Source: Neoechinorhynchus agilis
Lineage: Eukaryota; Animalia; Acanthocephala
Length of the DNA stretch: 64,000 bases
Assembly (NCBI GenBank): GCA_051530055.1
Contig: CM121343.1
Coordinates: 7,130,021-7,194,020, forward strand
Direction of reading: 5' to 3'
Shown here: piece by piece, positions 50,358 through 63,452 of the stretch
Layout: each line of letters opens with the position of its first letter
Position numbering within the stretch: the first letter of the stretch is position 1
Translations under genes and position numbers: made by a program
The notes under the pieces: generated by a model
What the model was told of the DNA's origin: nothing
The model's input: the letters and a program-made list of their open reading frames with translations, nothing else
Database searches by the model: none

Positions 50358-51990
50358 TTGTGTTATTGAAATAAATTCTACAGTAATGGTAGGACAGTAG
50401 AGAGAACAAAAATTTCGATATTCAAAATATAACTCACTTACTATGATGCAGCAATGTTACATTAAGTCTTAATGGCATGATATTGAGAACCTCTTTGTGA
50501 TGCACTGATTTAATGGGGCCGAAATTCTTTAACGCAACATGCCGTAAAATCCGAGTATCATGAGCATGGAAATCGCTGCTATTTATGACAAACCACATTA
50601 TAGAGCTGACAAACATTTTCACTATCACAAACCATAATAGATGATGGAATGTCGTGAAGTTTTCAAATCTCCATGGGGTTGCAGTTTGCGATCACCGAAG
50701 ATTGACCATGACATTTTAGCCCGTATTTTCTAACATTCAACTTATCCTGTTGAATTTAGAATTATAGAATATGATATTTAAGTAATTACCTTAGCTGGAG
50801 AGTTTTCTCGAAAATGTGTACCAAAGAAAAAGTTTTACCGGAAGCTTACCTCCTTTAATTATCGATATTTTACGCTAATGCCAAGGCACTTTATAAAGTT
50901 CAATTCGTCAACAATTCAACCGTCGAAATTTCTGCTTAGCAGCACAAATTCACTTTTACACTTAAGGCAAGCGATCGATCTCTCAAATCGAATAACAAAA
51001 ATGATTGCGAATTTCCATTTGAATTTGTTCATTTTCATGAGAAATCATTGACGTTAAAGTTGATCAGAATGCTACTGATTATTGGAATGGTGGTCGCCAT
51101 GGCTGTTATCGTGCTAAATATCAATGTTGATTGACCGTCCTTTTGCGGGACTCATTTAATGGCGGATATTTTAAAATCTTTAAACGTCGCTCCGGGCTAA
51201 TTTTTTTCGTAAGGATATTAAGTTCACAACGCTATCGTTTTGTTATGAAAAGTTTTTAGATTTGGATTTTGATTGTTCGAAACAATTTAATTACACAGCA
51301 AGCCAGCGTTACTCTTTTGCGATCTGATGAGGCGTGTGTTATGCCAGCAGAATCAAATTTTGATAGATGACTATCTTCTCTTAGATTAAAACTTTTCACA
51401 GTCGCTCGCTTAATCCAAGTTTACCAGCCAAAAGTTATATTTTCATTTATTGCTAATGAAATTGTAAGGCTCTCATTTCCGTTGTGGGGTAAATCATTTG
51501 AATAGGCGAGTTTGGCTATCGAGCGTATAAGGGCGCCAAGTCTTCGTTAAAAAGTAATTAAATTAGTTATAGACTGACTTCGAAAAAAAATCATCGATTC
51601 TACAGCGGAAAGGATCAGGTGGTGGACATAATAAACCCACTTGTTGAGAAACTCCTTGAGTGACCATAATGTTAACATGGCATTTTCCAAACGTCCGGCA
51701 AATCTTAACCTTTGTCCTCTCACATCTCACGGTACAACCTTAGTTATTCTTAAAAACCGGAATACCAGCCACCAAATGGGTTATAAAGGCAAATATTTTC
51801 GGCGTTCGGATAGATAGATGAAGCATTAAATAAAGTTCGATGGTTCACTACGGCAATCACAGGATCGAATGACGTTTTCCTGTGATTAAGATAAACGCTA
51901 GAGCATACAAAATATATTTGTTTACAAACACAAGTGAACAATTTTGGCAAGTAGTCTTCGATTTAAAATCGGAGCTTAAAACATGAATAG

Positions 51991-54900
51991 CTATACAAAA
52001 ACACCGCCATCGTCGCACCTTCGGGAAGGAGCGTTTGGATTCTCCGGATGAAATTTTATGTTTTGTGATTGTTGAGTCACAAGAAGATGCCTGGTGTGGC
52101 TTGTGGCCATTATATTTGTTCCATTATTGCCCGGTGTCAAATGCCTGCTCAGTAGTTGGCGGTGTTGTCCATTTTCGCACAGCACATCCTCAGATCTCGT
52201 TGGGTTGTACAAAGCATATTTACATGGTCGACATTGTGCGTTCACATTGTCTAAAGTAAGTGATTTGTTTCCAGTGTGTAGACAAGAATCAGCAATTGAA
52301 CTACTATAACCCCGATTGTCCGAGCATCTCCGTTGCAATGGGAAGGGTAAATCACTACTCTTTTCTCTAGTAAGCTCATCAGTACTTTGCGATAGTTCTG
52401 ATGATTGTAAAAGATAAAGATTATAGATTAGAAAATGCATACCGTTATTTATTGGAAAGCTTCTTGGTCGTTTATTTGATGCATGGGAAATCATTTGACT
52501 ATTTGGCCGACCACATTCATCGCAGTCTAGAGGATTATTCCTCAAATACCGACCCATCGTTAGACTCCCACGCCTCGTTGACAACGATGATGCATACATT
52601 CGATCGACCAATTTGTGATCATCGACATATGGATCTCGATTTGGCTCTGTTTAATAAGTAGAGAAAAGATAATTCCGTCTTTCCTTTAAAAAAGTACCGA
52701 TCAATGAATTAAATGTGGTTGCATGAGTGAATGGAACTACAATACGATAGACAATGAAACATAAAATCGCAACTGCAGATAAACCAGCTAACACGCCTAA
52801 ACTTATGGATAACGCTTTCCATCGATTGTTAGGCTTCACTATTTAAAAAAAGAAGAAATAAGAATTAGAAATTAAAAATTACTTACTGGTCTCCTCTCCA
52901 ATTCGTATGATAATGGAATCGGCTTTATTGCTACCGTGCTTGTTTTCGGTATAAAGACGGTAAGTGTGTAGACCTTTGGGCCGGAATTCGGTTAAGAGAA
53001 ATACGCAACTCTGTTTTTTCCTTGCGATTTCAACAAACTGTTGAGTATCTTTGTGGAATAATTCAAGATAGCAGAAGTAATCAGGATCGCCTTGATGGAA
53101 TCCAGCTTTGCATGATATTGTCAATGTGGTATTAGTCTGAGTTGACGAACAACCGAACGGCGGGTCTGGTACACCTATAGATTGCAACATATTCAGCCAT
53201 GTTTAATCTGACGTTAAATTAGACTATTGCACCGTCTAATCGTCCTTGCACTTCTATTAAAGTTTGGAATGGATTTCTCGATGGAACGGGTAGTCAGGTG
53301 GGAAATGTCAGCACTACTGAATTGTCCAGTAGTGTTTTTTGAGACAAAAATGAATTTCAAATAAGACTACATATTAGGAGGCTTCAATTTGTGTTTGATT
53401 ATGGCCAAGAATGGTTTCGCAGCTACCTAATTAAATTCTTACCTGAATTTTTGATTTCACATATAATCATCGTTGCCAAGAAAATTTTGAGCATTAGCGG
53501 CGGGTGCGTAGGAAATTGGCATCGCCGTAGAAAACGACTAGTAAAGGCGATCTATAAAGGCATACGATGATGGCGGTGGTGTGCCCGATGGATTTAGGTG
53601 TTTTAAGGGAACGGTGGTCATTTTGTCCATTGCCTAAAGAGTAACAAGCAGATCGCTATTGGGCATGCATAAAGTGCACTAGTGGTCGCCTAACGAACGG
53701 ATATGATAGTAGCTGAAGTGATTAGCGTTCTTAATCTAGTTTACGTTTTATGCTTCTATGTATGTGTTAATGTGGGTGGTTGGTTGTGGTCGACGGACAT
53801 ACATAGCGAGAATGAGAGATATATAGACATTTGTGTGATTTAGAACCGTGGAACCCTCCCCGAGCGGTTGTTGTATATTCTAGTGTGCATGTAAACGGCC
53901 CTTCGTTTGACAATCTAATAGTTATGCCTCTCCTAATTTGCATTTGCGTATGTCTCATTTCTCTTTTGTATGCACACAAGCATCCATGATGTGTGCCATA
54001 GTATCCACACACACCCCTATTTGGTGGCTCTATTTCTTCAGAACTCACAAGGATCATTGCTCCGGGTAGTCCTTCCGCTAATCCAAGAGCACCTGACTTC
54101 GACAATAGACCAAAATAATAGGGTTTACACATCGTTGACGAAAAAAGAAAGGGTTCTATCGACTTTCATGATTATGATTGTAGTGGGGGGGGTATCAATT
54201 TACTTTCTCCAAAGTGTTTATGTGTGCATGTAAAAGTTGGGTGGATGAAGATTGGAGCTTCAAGTGTAATAGATCTAAGTGCTGCCTTGGCTGACACTAG
54301 AACCTACACACGGCAGGACAATCTAACCCGTACTCAAAAACCTATTGGGATCACGAAAATCGTTGAGAATACGAGTGCCATTTATTAGGTCTGTAAATGA
54401 GATATCGATTAGCAGCGATATATGTGAGGCGAAAGACCAAAATTAAAGGCAGGTCGTCTTCTATGTTGGTAATTAGCCGAATTTAGCTTGCTATTTATGT
54501 GTTATGCACTCGTCTTTGGTGTAAAGAATCGAGATATCCACAGTCGGTCTTATATATACCGTGTCAACTAGTTCTGTTTATCCCAATGACATTTCGTGAC
54601 TTAGCACCCGGCACCTGTAATCCTGTAAGGTTGTCATGAAGATTTATAGTATGTGCTTAGCAAAACCGATTATGTGCACAGGAAGGTCGTAACCGAAATA
54701 AACGATCCAGCATGCCTTAGAGACTCACCTCCTAATTGCAATTGGTACAAACAAACGCCTGATCCAACACTGTTGCGACCCGTGCAAGATACGGTTGAGT
54801 AAACCATATCGAGACTGATCTTCGCCATGATAAATGCTGAATTTTGAGACCATTTCCCTTGATCGTATCGTGCATTTGGACCTAGTTCCCAATGAAACTT

Positions 54901-55910
54901 ATCGACCGCAGGATATGTGTCTATCATTGTACAATTAATAAGAATACTTGAACCAACGGAGACGTTTATCAATGTAATCTGATCTGTTGTACATTTCGGC
55001 TTTGCTAAAATCAAATTTACGGATAGCGACGGCTTATAAAAGCGCACTTACAATAAACAACGATTTTCAACTGGTCTGAAGAAACGTTGGCTAATCTATT
55101 ATGTGCCCAACATGAAATCAATTGACCATGTATACAAGTAGTTCTCATTCTTAAGACTTTTATTATTCAAGACCATGAGAACTCTTGATGTAGACTTTTC
55201 CTTATGTGAATTTGTCCTGACAACGTCGTTGTAAATAGACCATTCGAATCAGCCTTCCAAGTGACCATCTTTCCGTTCAATAAATTATGGGGTACAAATC
55301 CAATTTCCGCTCTTGGTTTAACACCTCGAGCTGTACAACTAACGGGAACGTCGTCGTTATCCGTTGCTTGTAGAAACGAAGACTTATTTCCTTTACTTTT
55401 TGCATATAAATGCACACTGGATACAGGCGCTGAAATACTTGCTAGCTAAATATTTCAGTTCTTTTTAAAGAAACAACGCTCACCTATTACTTCTAATTTA
55501 TACCGAATATGATAGCGAGCTGGGCTATCGATGGTTTCATCTTGTTTCCCGGTACCTCGGTGGATGCACTCACATTCGTAGTAGCCTTCATCGTGCACTG
55601 TCGCATTCTTGACCAACAACTCTGAGCGCTCATGATCATTGTTGCCTACCAGCAGTGCGTATTTGGATCCAAAAGCTTTCATGATTTTCCCGTTTCGTGT
55701 GGAAATGAGTTGCCTTTCAGATGATCTGAGATTTGTCCTTTTCCACCAAGACACGTCAATACGATTGCAGAACAGGGTAACGTCGTGATATAGTGTAGTA
55801 GATACTTTTATTATTGGTGAGGAATGATACCAATTCTTAATTTTGCCTGAGGTGTCTGTATCTTCCTTACTTATAGTCATTATCATCAGACCATATAAAA
55901 TCCTGAGCAT
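51991..55910 (-). CDS. Sidestep/nephrin-like Ig-superfamily membrane protein (3 Ig, Fn3, TM, cytoplasmic tail), multi-exon
   Basis: V-type Ig (DEGYYEC), C2 Ig (..LHGQLISC), PKC..I.C..D.YP..FHW Ig, Fn3 PDPPFGC..C..GF, and TM ALSISLGVLAGLSAVAILCFIV. Mostly GT-AG introns. Cytoplasmic exon junctions are unresolved. Confidence 0.75.
55131..55190 (-). other. TA(CAT)-bounded hairpin element in the sidestep-like gene (60 nt, contains in-frame TGA)
   Basis: TACAT direct repeats 60 nt apart enclose CAAG-AGTTCTCAT..ATGAGAACT-A-CTTG. Confidence 0.7.
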
Positions 55911-58380
55911 TTAACGTGATTCCGGAATGGCATTTATACATTGATAGCGGCTAATTGAGAGGCAGTTGCGGTGGTAATAGGCGATGGTGAATTCGGTGAT
56001 GACTGAGAAAAAAGGCGTTCATTGGTGGTGACCGCTTAGAGCAGTGCCTGCATCCGTTGAACGGCTGTATATAGAAATGATACAATTTTCAGAGCGTTTT
56101 TTCACAGCCCATGTTCTATAATTAGTTGACGAATTGCGGATTAATCTTCACTCTCTCTGTTTAATTATAAAGTCAAATTTTATCGGTTCTATGTACGAAA
56201 GGCTCTAAAAGCGACTAGGAGCCCCCCTAAATCAATAAATAATGCGCGGGGTTATGTGATTTTATTTGAAGAGATCATACCGGATTTCGTGACAATAATT
56301 TTGTTTTCATTTAAGATCTTATCGGTGACTTTAATATACCGATCGGTTTATACGCATAGCAGAAGCTTCTAAGATACTCCACTTAAATGATCTCTTACTA
56401 AAATTATTGCATGCAAACAGATTTCGTGATTTAAATAAGAGAAAATAAGAGCCACTTGAACAGAGAACGAAGTGGGTGGACGAAATCTAAGATAAAATGG
56501 CTCAAAGCGTTAGGTGCTCCCTACTCTCAACCTCCTCACACGTCTTCGATATTGGCTTATTTGCTCCATTTTCCTCCTTGACTCACCCCCTATTGATGCC
56601 CCCGGAGTTTTTAAAACGCTCCAGCAAAACTAGGAACACGATACCGCCGTTGCGTGCCAAGTAAGGGAATATAGATGCCGGCAATAATTTCATTTTCTAT
56701 CTACAAAACATTTTGCACAGTACAAGAGATCGAGAATTCGATTATGCAAAGTTTTGTCGATCAAATGATGTAGCTGTTCCGTCTTGCGTGAGTTCACCGT
56801 TGCTAATTCCTAAGGAAGATTTTTGACCGGATTTGTACACCTGCCCTACGCTCGGCGACGGGCTTTACCATTCGATCAACATGCCGAGGAATGTTTAAAC
56901 AGGATATACTCCACATCATAATCGGCTTCCGGCGTAAAGAGACGGTTTGAAGGGAGCGAAAGGATGTGGCGCACCGTAACATTTAGATTTTGCCCTAAAC
57001 TATGTTCGCTCAAGGAATCAGCAACATAAGCGTGTTGAAAGATAGAAACTCATTCGCAAACTTTTAATGCATTCGATGTTGCCTACAGCAAATGTCGACA
57101 AATTATTGTCAACAAAAAAGAAACGGGCTACCCGCTTTCATCCCAAAACATAAAATATATCCATTTTGTTAAACTATTGAGCCTTATGTTTACAATCGAA
57201 AAGTTTGCGAATTCCTTCCTAAAAACGTTTTAAACCGATATTATTAAAATATGTACATGGAAATGTACCATGGATTTTACTCGATAAGAATCAAATTACT
57301 TGTGTTAAGTTCTTTGGATGCTGCTAAATCCATTGATTGAAACTAGTTGGCGTGTCCTTTCGAAATCCCCGTTAGAGTCGTAAATAAGATACTAAGTAAT
57401 TTCATCTTGATAAACAACGAAGAACATTTTATGACCGAAAGAGCACAAATGTGATGCTCATAATGAATGTCCTTAGAAAAGTTACTACAAGTTTTTTTTC
57501 TAACTCGGCGGTTAATCGAGAAGGCCCGAGTGAGAGAAACAGATTTTAGAAAATTGAAAATCGTGGAATAGATAATTGATATCGGGTAACCGTAATCTCC
57601 TCACTCACTTAAACTTACTCCTTGCGTGCACAAAAACGTTGTAATCTAATTGAAAGTGGAGACAAGCGGCTGATGAAGAAAACAAATCATGGTTACTAAG
57701 CTGTGGTGCGGAATAAGTGTCGCACAGGCAATCTAAATTTCAATTCTAGATGAAAACCCATATTCGTGATATTCCCTTTGGCTTTAAGCTTATGAAAACA
57801 ATTGTCTCTGGAGCATTCATTATAACATCGTTTTCACAAACTAGTAAATAGAGACTATCACGGGGACCTAACCCAGTACCACAGTGCATTTCATGGACGC
57901 CATCAGACCTCCTTTGTTTTTCTCAGATCTTTTAATAAAGCCTATTGTTTCATATGAATAAAGTAAATAGCATTTAAACGTGTAACCAAATCTCGCTGTT
58001 CTTCGTCCAAATGAAAGAGTACACCGGCTTAGATACTCGATTGTGCTCCTCCATTTCAAGCAGACGTGCATTTTAGATCTACTTGAGTTCAATAGACACT
58101 TATGTTAAACCGGAGAAATGTAGATGAAGTGCATTAGAGATCATGCACTTGACCACATTGTGGCAAAGCGAAGCCTATTATAATTTTATCGTACCTAGAC
58201 TCACAAAGCAATCAATAGTCCTCCGTTGACATCAGTCTTGTAAAAGCCCTCATTGACTGCGGAGTCGGTTATCTGAGATCCACCAATATTCACCTACGCT
58301 GCAGACGAAGAACTCAACGGTACTTATTAGTCCGTTGAAAAAATGTCAAATCAGCGCTCCAAAGCAACATTATCCATAGT

Positions 58381-58420
58381 GCGCTGCTGCTGCTGCTGTT
58401 GGTGGTGGTGGTGGTGCTGG
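58381..58420. repeat. Compound (GCT)n(GGT)n microsatellite
   Basis: GCTGCTGCTGCTGCTGTTGGTGGTGGTGGTGGTG, with no sustained ORF around it. Confidence 0.85.
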
Positions 58421-60067
58421 CATTTGGTTAACTGCAATACGGTCTTGACCTACTGCCTGACATCCAAAAATAACAAGGTTTTCAATCTGATGGGCACTCG
58501 GTGCATCTTGGCTCGCCAAATGCTACATGGCTGACAGTAAACCTTCATCTTAAAATGAGCAAATGGCATCTAACCGAAAAGTCAATATCTCAAAGTCCAA
58601 ATTATATCGAGCTTTCTGAAAATATTCCATTGATATAACGAATGGCTAAACGACCATTTCATCATTGTTGAACACTCATTAAATTTGTTTCAATTTCCAC
58701 TAATAATTAGACCTGATTAAATGAAGCATTTTAATGCTCATGGTCGATTCCTGTGTTAGGTCCAATTCTGATAAATCAGTTTAGAAAGTCACCAAATAAA
58801 ACGAATTCCATAGTCGGTCAATTTTTAGTCAGATCAGGCGAAACTTATATTTTTGACAATTTTAGTATCAACGATCTTGAGTATATTATTAACCCGAAGG
58901 ATTTTCTATCGATGATTAAAGTGAAATGTTAACTAGAAATGCTAAATATACGTGAAACATTGCAACAATCATAATAAAACTACTTAGTTTAAATTGTGAT
59001 TAGTCCACTGACCAAAACTTCTATTAAATATCTATATCATTTTCACAAGACAATCATCTCGGATCTCCTGGGTGTATGTAAGCGCATTGTTCCTATTTTA
59101 ATCCATCGTCAGCACTACAGAATTAATCGCATCTTTAGGATAAGTGGTAATTAGGATCAAATTGTCGACGATTACTGTCAATCTTATTGATCATATTTCC
59201 GACTAAGCAAAAGCTCTTACCTATCTGGTGAGTAGAAACGCACTCGCGTCGTTAGTTCCGAGAGCTAATGTTTATGTACCGGAAGCCAATAAAAAAGCAT
59301 TTTGTGTATTACCTGCAAGGCATTAGTTCTTGAATAAATTTTTTGGATTACACTGAATAGTCGCCTTGGCCCATAAAAGAGCACACGAGATTTGATCCTT
59401 AATTTAAGTTCAGTTTCTAACTTGAGCCTGCGTTGAAAATAGACAGAAATCTATAGAATTTCGATTTATTCTGACACGATTGAGACGTGCTGCACATAAG
59501 GCGCAATTGGCTCAACTCGATAACTACTCCCGATTACTTGAGGGTGACACAAGAGGTGTTGAAATTAGATCGATAACTTCGATCTTAATTGTCTAGGTGA
59601 ATCCATTAAATAAGATAACTTCCTTCCATGTGATAGATGTAAATTTACTAATGAACATATTTTCTTCATATCAAACACAATAGTTCTATTTTGTAACGAA
59701 ATTTATTTTTATTCGTAAGGAATATCTTGCATACAAAAAATTCACATTTTTAAAGCTTGCCACCAGAAAGTGTAAATCGCATAAATTCTGAATCAAATGG
59801 CTTATCAAATCAATTTTAATTAAAAATAAGAATACCACCGTTGATTGGCAAAACATAGATAGTAATTGCAAGAACTCTATGCCGAGTACCTTAATCGCAA
59901 AGAGTGAACGGTTATGCCGGTCAAATTATTTACATTAACAGTAATTATTTTCAGTTTTTACGGGGTTAAATATATTAAGTGAAAGCTGCAATAGAAGGTC
60001 ATTGTGGAAAGGAACCATTAGCAGTACAATCAAGTATGATTTACGAATTTTTTTCGCACAACCAAAG

Positions 60068-60140
60068 GGGACGAAATACCTCGCTGAATGGAGGAAACTC
60101 ACTGATGAGTCCCGTCTCCCCGGGAGGTATCTGAGGATCC
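60068..60140 (+). ncRNA. Hammerhead ribozyme, non-circularly permuted core
   Basis: GGGAC-GAAA-TACCTC (60068-82), CTCA-CTGATGA-GTCCC (60098-113) and GAGGTA-TC-TGAG (60124-35). All core nucleotides and three perfect stems are present. Confidence 0.75.
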
Positions 60141-60149
60141 GGAGGAATG

Positions 60150-62785
60150 TACAAACTCATAACTGTATGGTTCAGGGTATTAAGTGATTTTATGCACTTC
60201 CTTGAACCAGATCGGTGGGCTGTGTGCTCAAGGAAAATTATCAGCCAGGAAAAAAGCCGAACATAGATACTTAATTTACGAATTGTTCACCTTAAGCGCA
60301 ACTGACATTGGTGACCCTCCTGTCTCAGAAGGAGGTTCCCAGGCAATCTCAACAAAATCATTTCCAACCGTATACGCTTCTGGCGCCATGGGCGCTTGAG
60401 GTGGACGATTGCAACCCTTTGTTTTGACTGGTTTACTAAGTTCTGCTGGGTCTCCAACTCCAGCCGAGTTAATTGCACTGACTCTGAATTCATATGATCT
60501 TCCCGGCAACAAACTATCGATTGAGAAATCATTAGTCCTGATTGGTTCCGTATTCAAAAGACTCCATTCGTCTGGTTCATCGGCACGCCGGCATTCTACC
60601 TGATACCCAATTATCTTTCCACTGTGATGATCGTCCGGAGGGTTCCACTTTAGAGCCACTTCATCGAAGGTGTTCTTTTCCAGTTGCAAATCTCGCGGCG
60701 GTTCTGGTCGCCCAACAGCCGCCCTGGCAATGATCGGTTTTTCAATTTCAAGATATTCTGACACTCCACCTTCATTGACAGCTGCAACTCTAAATTTGTA
60801 TTCATTGTTCTCTTTTAAGTCAAAGACTTCAAACGAGCAATCCCTGCAATATTTGCTTATTGGTTCCCATGTTCCCTTTTTAGTATCCATTGCTTCAATC
60901 ACATATCTTTGGACCTCTGCACCTCCAGTGTTGCTAGGTGGCTCCCAGGATAAGATGCATCCTGATGGCGTTACGTTACTTGCTTCCAATGGTCCACTTG
61001 GGGCACTGGGTACATCGATAATTTCTACTGCATATTGACTAATACATTTACCAAGTGGATTGGAGAGGATAAATTCGTATTGACCGGCATCAGTAACTTC
61101 ACTGGCAGGTATAAGAAAATTTGCCCCGGATTTTTCAATTTTATCCATAGGTTTATCCAAATCGACTCCGTTCTTTTTAATAGTAATTTGAGGTAGCGGC
61201 GAAGACTGATATCGTAAATTAATCTGAAGAGGATCTCCTTTAATGATTCGTATTTTTCTAAGACCCTGGCTATGATCAAGCAACTTTGGCGCAATGTCGG
61301 GTTCTCTGGCTTCCAAAGAGTCCAATGTTTTCTGCCATTCGCCTTGTCCAGCATCATTAACGGCCGCAACCCTGAAGTGATATTTATGACCTTCTTCAAG
61401 TCGCGGAATTACCATTGTTGGATTGTTAGCTGGGGTCCGTCCAACTTTCGTCCAATCGGAACCTTCTGTGTCATCCATTTTTTCAACGACATAATGAGTA
61501 ATTGGATTGCCTCCATCTGAAACGGGTTGATCCCATGCAATCGAAATGCTTTCACTTGTGTGACCAACGCATGAAACATCGCCCGGTTTTTCGGGGACAG
61601 AATAAGGTAATTTCATTTCCACATATCCATCCGTTTCTAAAGGCTTACTATCACCTAACTCATTTTGAGCGATTACTCGGAACGCATATTTATCGCCCTC
61701 TTTTATTCCGGAAACTACACATTCCGGAACATCCCCACGAGCAGAACCACATTTAACCCAATTTGTCGTTCCTTGTGCACACTTCTCGACAACATATCCG
61801 GAGATTGGTTTTCCACCGTCGTCTTTTGGCGCAGCCCAAGAAACAATACAATGCTCTCGATCGATAACCGACGTTTCCACTGGTCCGCTAGGAATCGCTG
61901 GTGTGTCAAACACAGTTACATGGAATGTTGTTGATGCAGTTCCCAAAGAATTTCTTAGTGACAGTTTATACAGGCCAGTATCTCCTCTTTCGGCACTTGT
62001 ATTGCCGATCAATACCTGATCGCCATCCAACTTGCTTGTTAGTCTTGTAGTATCCAATACTCTATCCGGCTCCTCAGGCATTGACAATTCGACGTTTGGA
62101 ATTGGAAATCCTTTAAAACCTACGGTAACTGTGGACGAATCTCCGGCTTTGCAAATTATGTCCTTTAATTGAGATAAATCTAAGAAACGGGGTGGTTCCG
62201 GAGGATCCTCAACCAGCATATAATCTGTGGCCGCGCTTGGCGAACTGGAACCCGCTTCATTAACAGCAGTAATCCTAAAACTGACACATGCAGGATGTTT
62301 TCGAGAACATGCTTTTACTTTTAATACTCCCGGAAATGAAACAGTAAAAGCAGAAACCGATGGGAAGCTTTGGTCGATTGGCCTTAGAACGTTCAGGAGA
62401 AAGGTAGTGCAAACGGCTAAAGAATGGGATAGACTATACGATAATGCAATAAGTTCTATTACTTTATTCGACGGAATTGATTTCAACAGCAAACTTCTAT
62501 TACTTAATTCTGTAGAGCAGGAGATCTATGAGGACGGGGCAAATATTATAAAGCAAGGGGAAAATGCGGACCGAATGTATTTTGTGGAGGAAGGCATAGT
62601 GAACATAGAGATGGAAGTGAATGGACGTATTAAAACTGTCAGGCACAGCAGTTGCAGTTGGCAGGACAAGGGTTGGAGTAATGATGGCTGATAAGTTTAA
62701 TGAGTACATGGAGCCGATGTTTGATATCTTGGAGGAAAACAAAAAGATTTATTTGGAGCAGATTAAAATAAAATTCGGCGATTAA
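60150..62785 (+). pseudogene. cAMP-dependent protein kinase regulatory-subunit-like pseudogene (two cNMP domains), interrupted at 60307-62286
   Basis: GCFREHAFTFNTPGNETVKA..GKLW..TFRR..IIKQGENADRMYFVEEG matches the RII-type pattern. The FGE/PRA cassette is altered in domain A and deleted with a frameshift in domain B (~62640). Weaker domain-A remnants lie at 60150-60306. Confidence 0.7.
60307..62286 (-). repeat. Inverted 1,980-bp copy of twitchin 36980-38959
   Basis: ORF translations on both strands match those at 36980-38959. The only mismatch I saw is near 60315. Confidence 0.97.
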
Positions 62786-63452
62786 TTAAATGTCCACATG
62801 ATTTCATTAAATATTAATATTTTATCATTGCAACTAATCGAAGTTACAAGCACAAAATCGTCTATTTACAGTGTTTACAACTAAAATCACAAAAATACAA
62901 GTTTAAATTGTGATTGAGATTCGAAATCGAGTAGAACCGCCTTGCAATACCTCTCTAAGCTATGCTGAGTGAGTAAATATGCAAGAAGTAGGAGATGTTA
63001 TTTTCTAAATTCTACGAACCGCAAAAAATTTAATTTCTTAGGTGAAAATTTTCAATCGGATAAAAACAGTTGACTGCCTTGAAGCCCTTTGTGGTTGCGA
63101 CTAACCATTTTTTAACCTTAGTTAAAAATCCTGCGGTACTTGCTTTGCCAATCACAATTATCTTAATGGCGAGAGGTTGGAAAATGTAGAGCGACAAATC
63201 GAAGCGTTTGTGCGTCTCCCTTTTTCGGTCTTCAACACTTTTGGCCGCTTCACCTGCTTCTGAATCATCGTATTCGGGCAGGCGAAGTCTGAAGGAAGTT
63301 CCGCTACTAAACATAATATGTAGCTTTTTTGACAAAATATATTTGTCTTTTAGTTTCGTGGTTTTAGTATTCTCAGATTATACTTTTAAAAGTTGAAATT
63401 TAGTATGGTCTTATAGAAGTGACAGATCAATCGATAAGCATTTTCAACAAAA

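Noticed and set aside
51315-51350. CTGATGAG motif (also 28843, 57671)
   Set aside because: No paired stem II followed by GAAA, so not a hammerhead.
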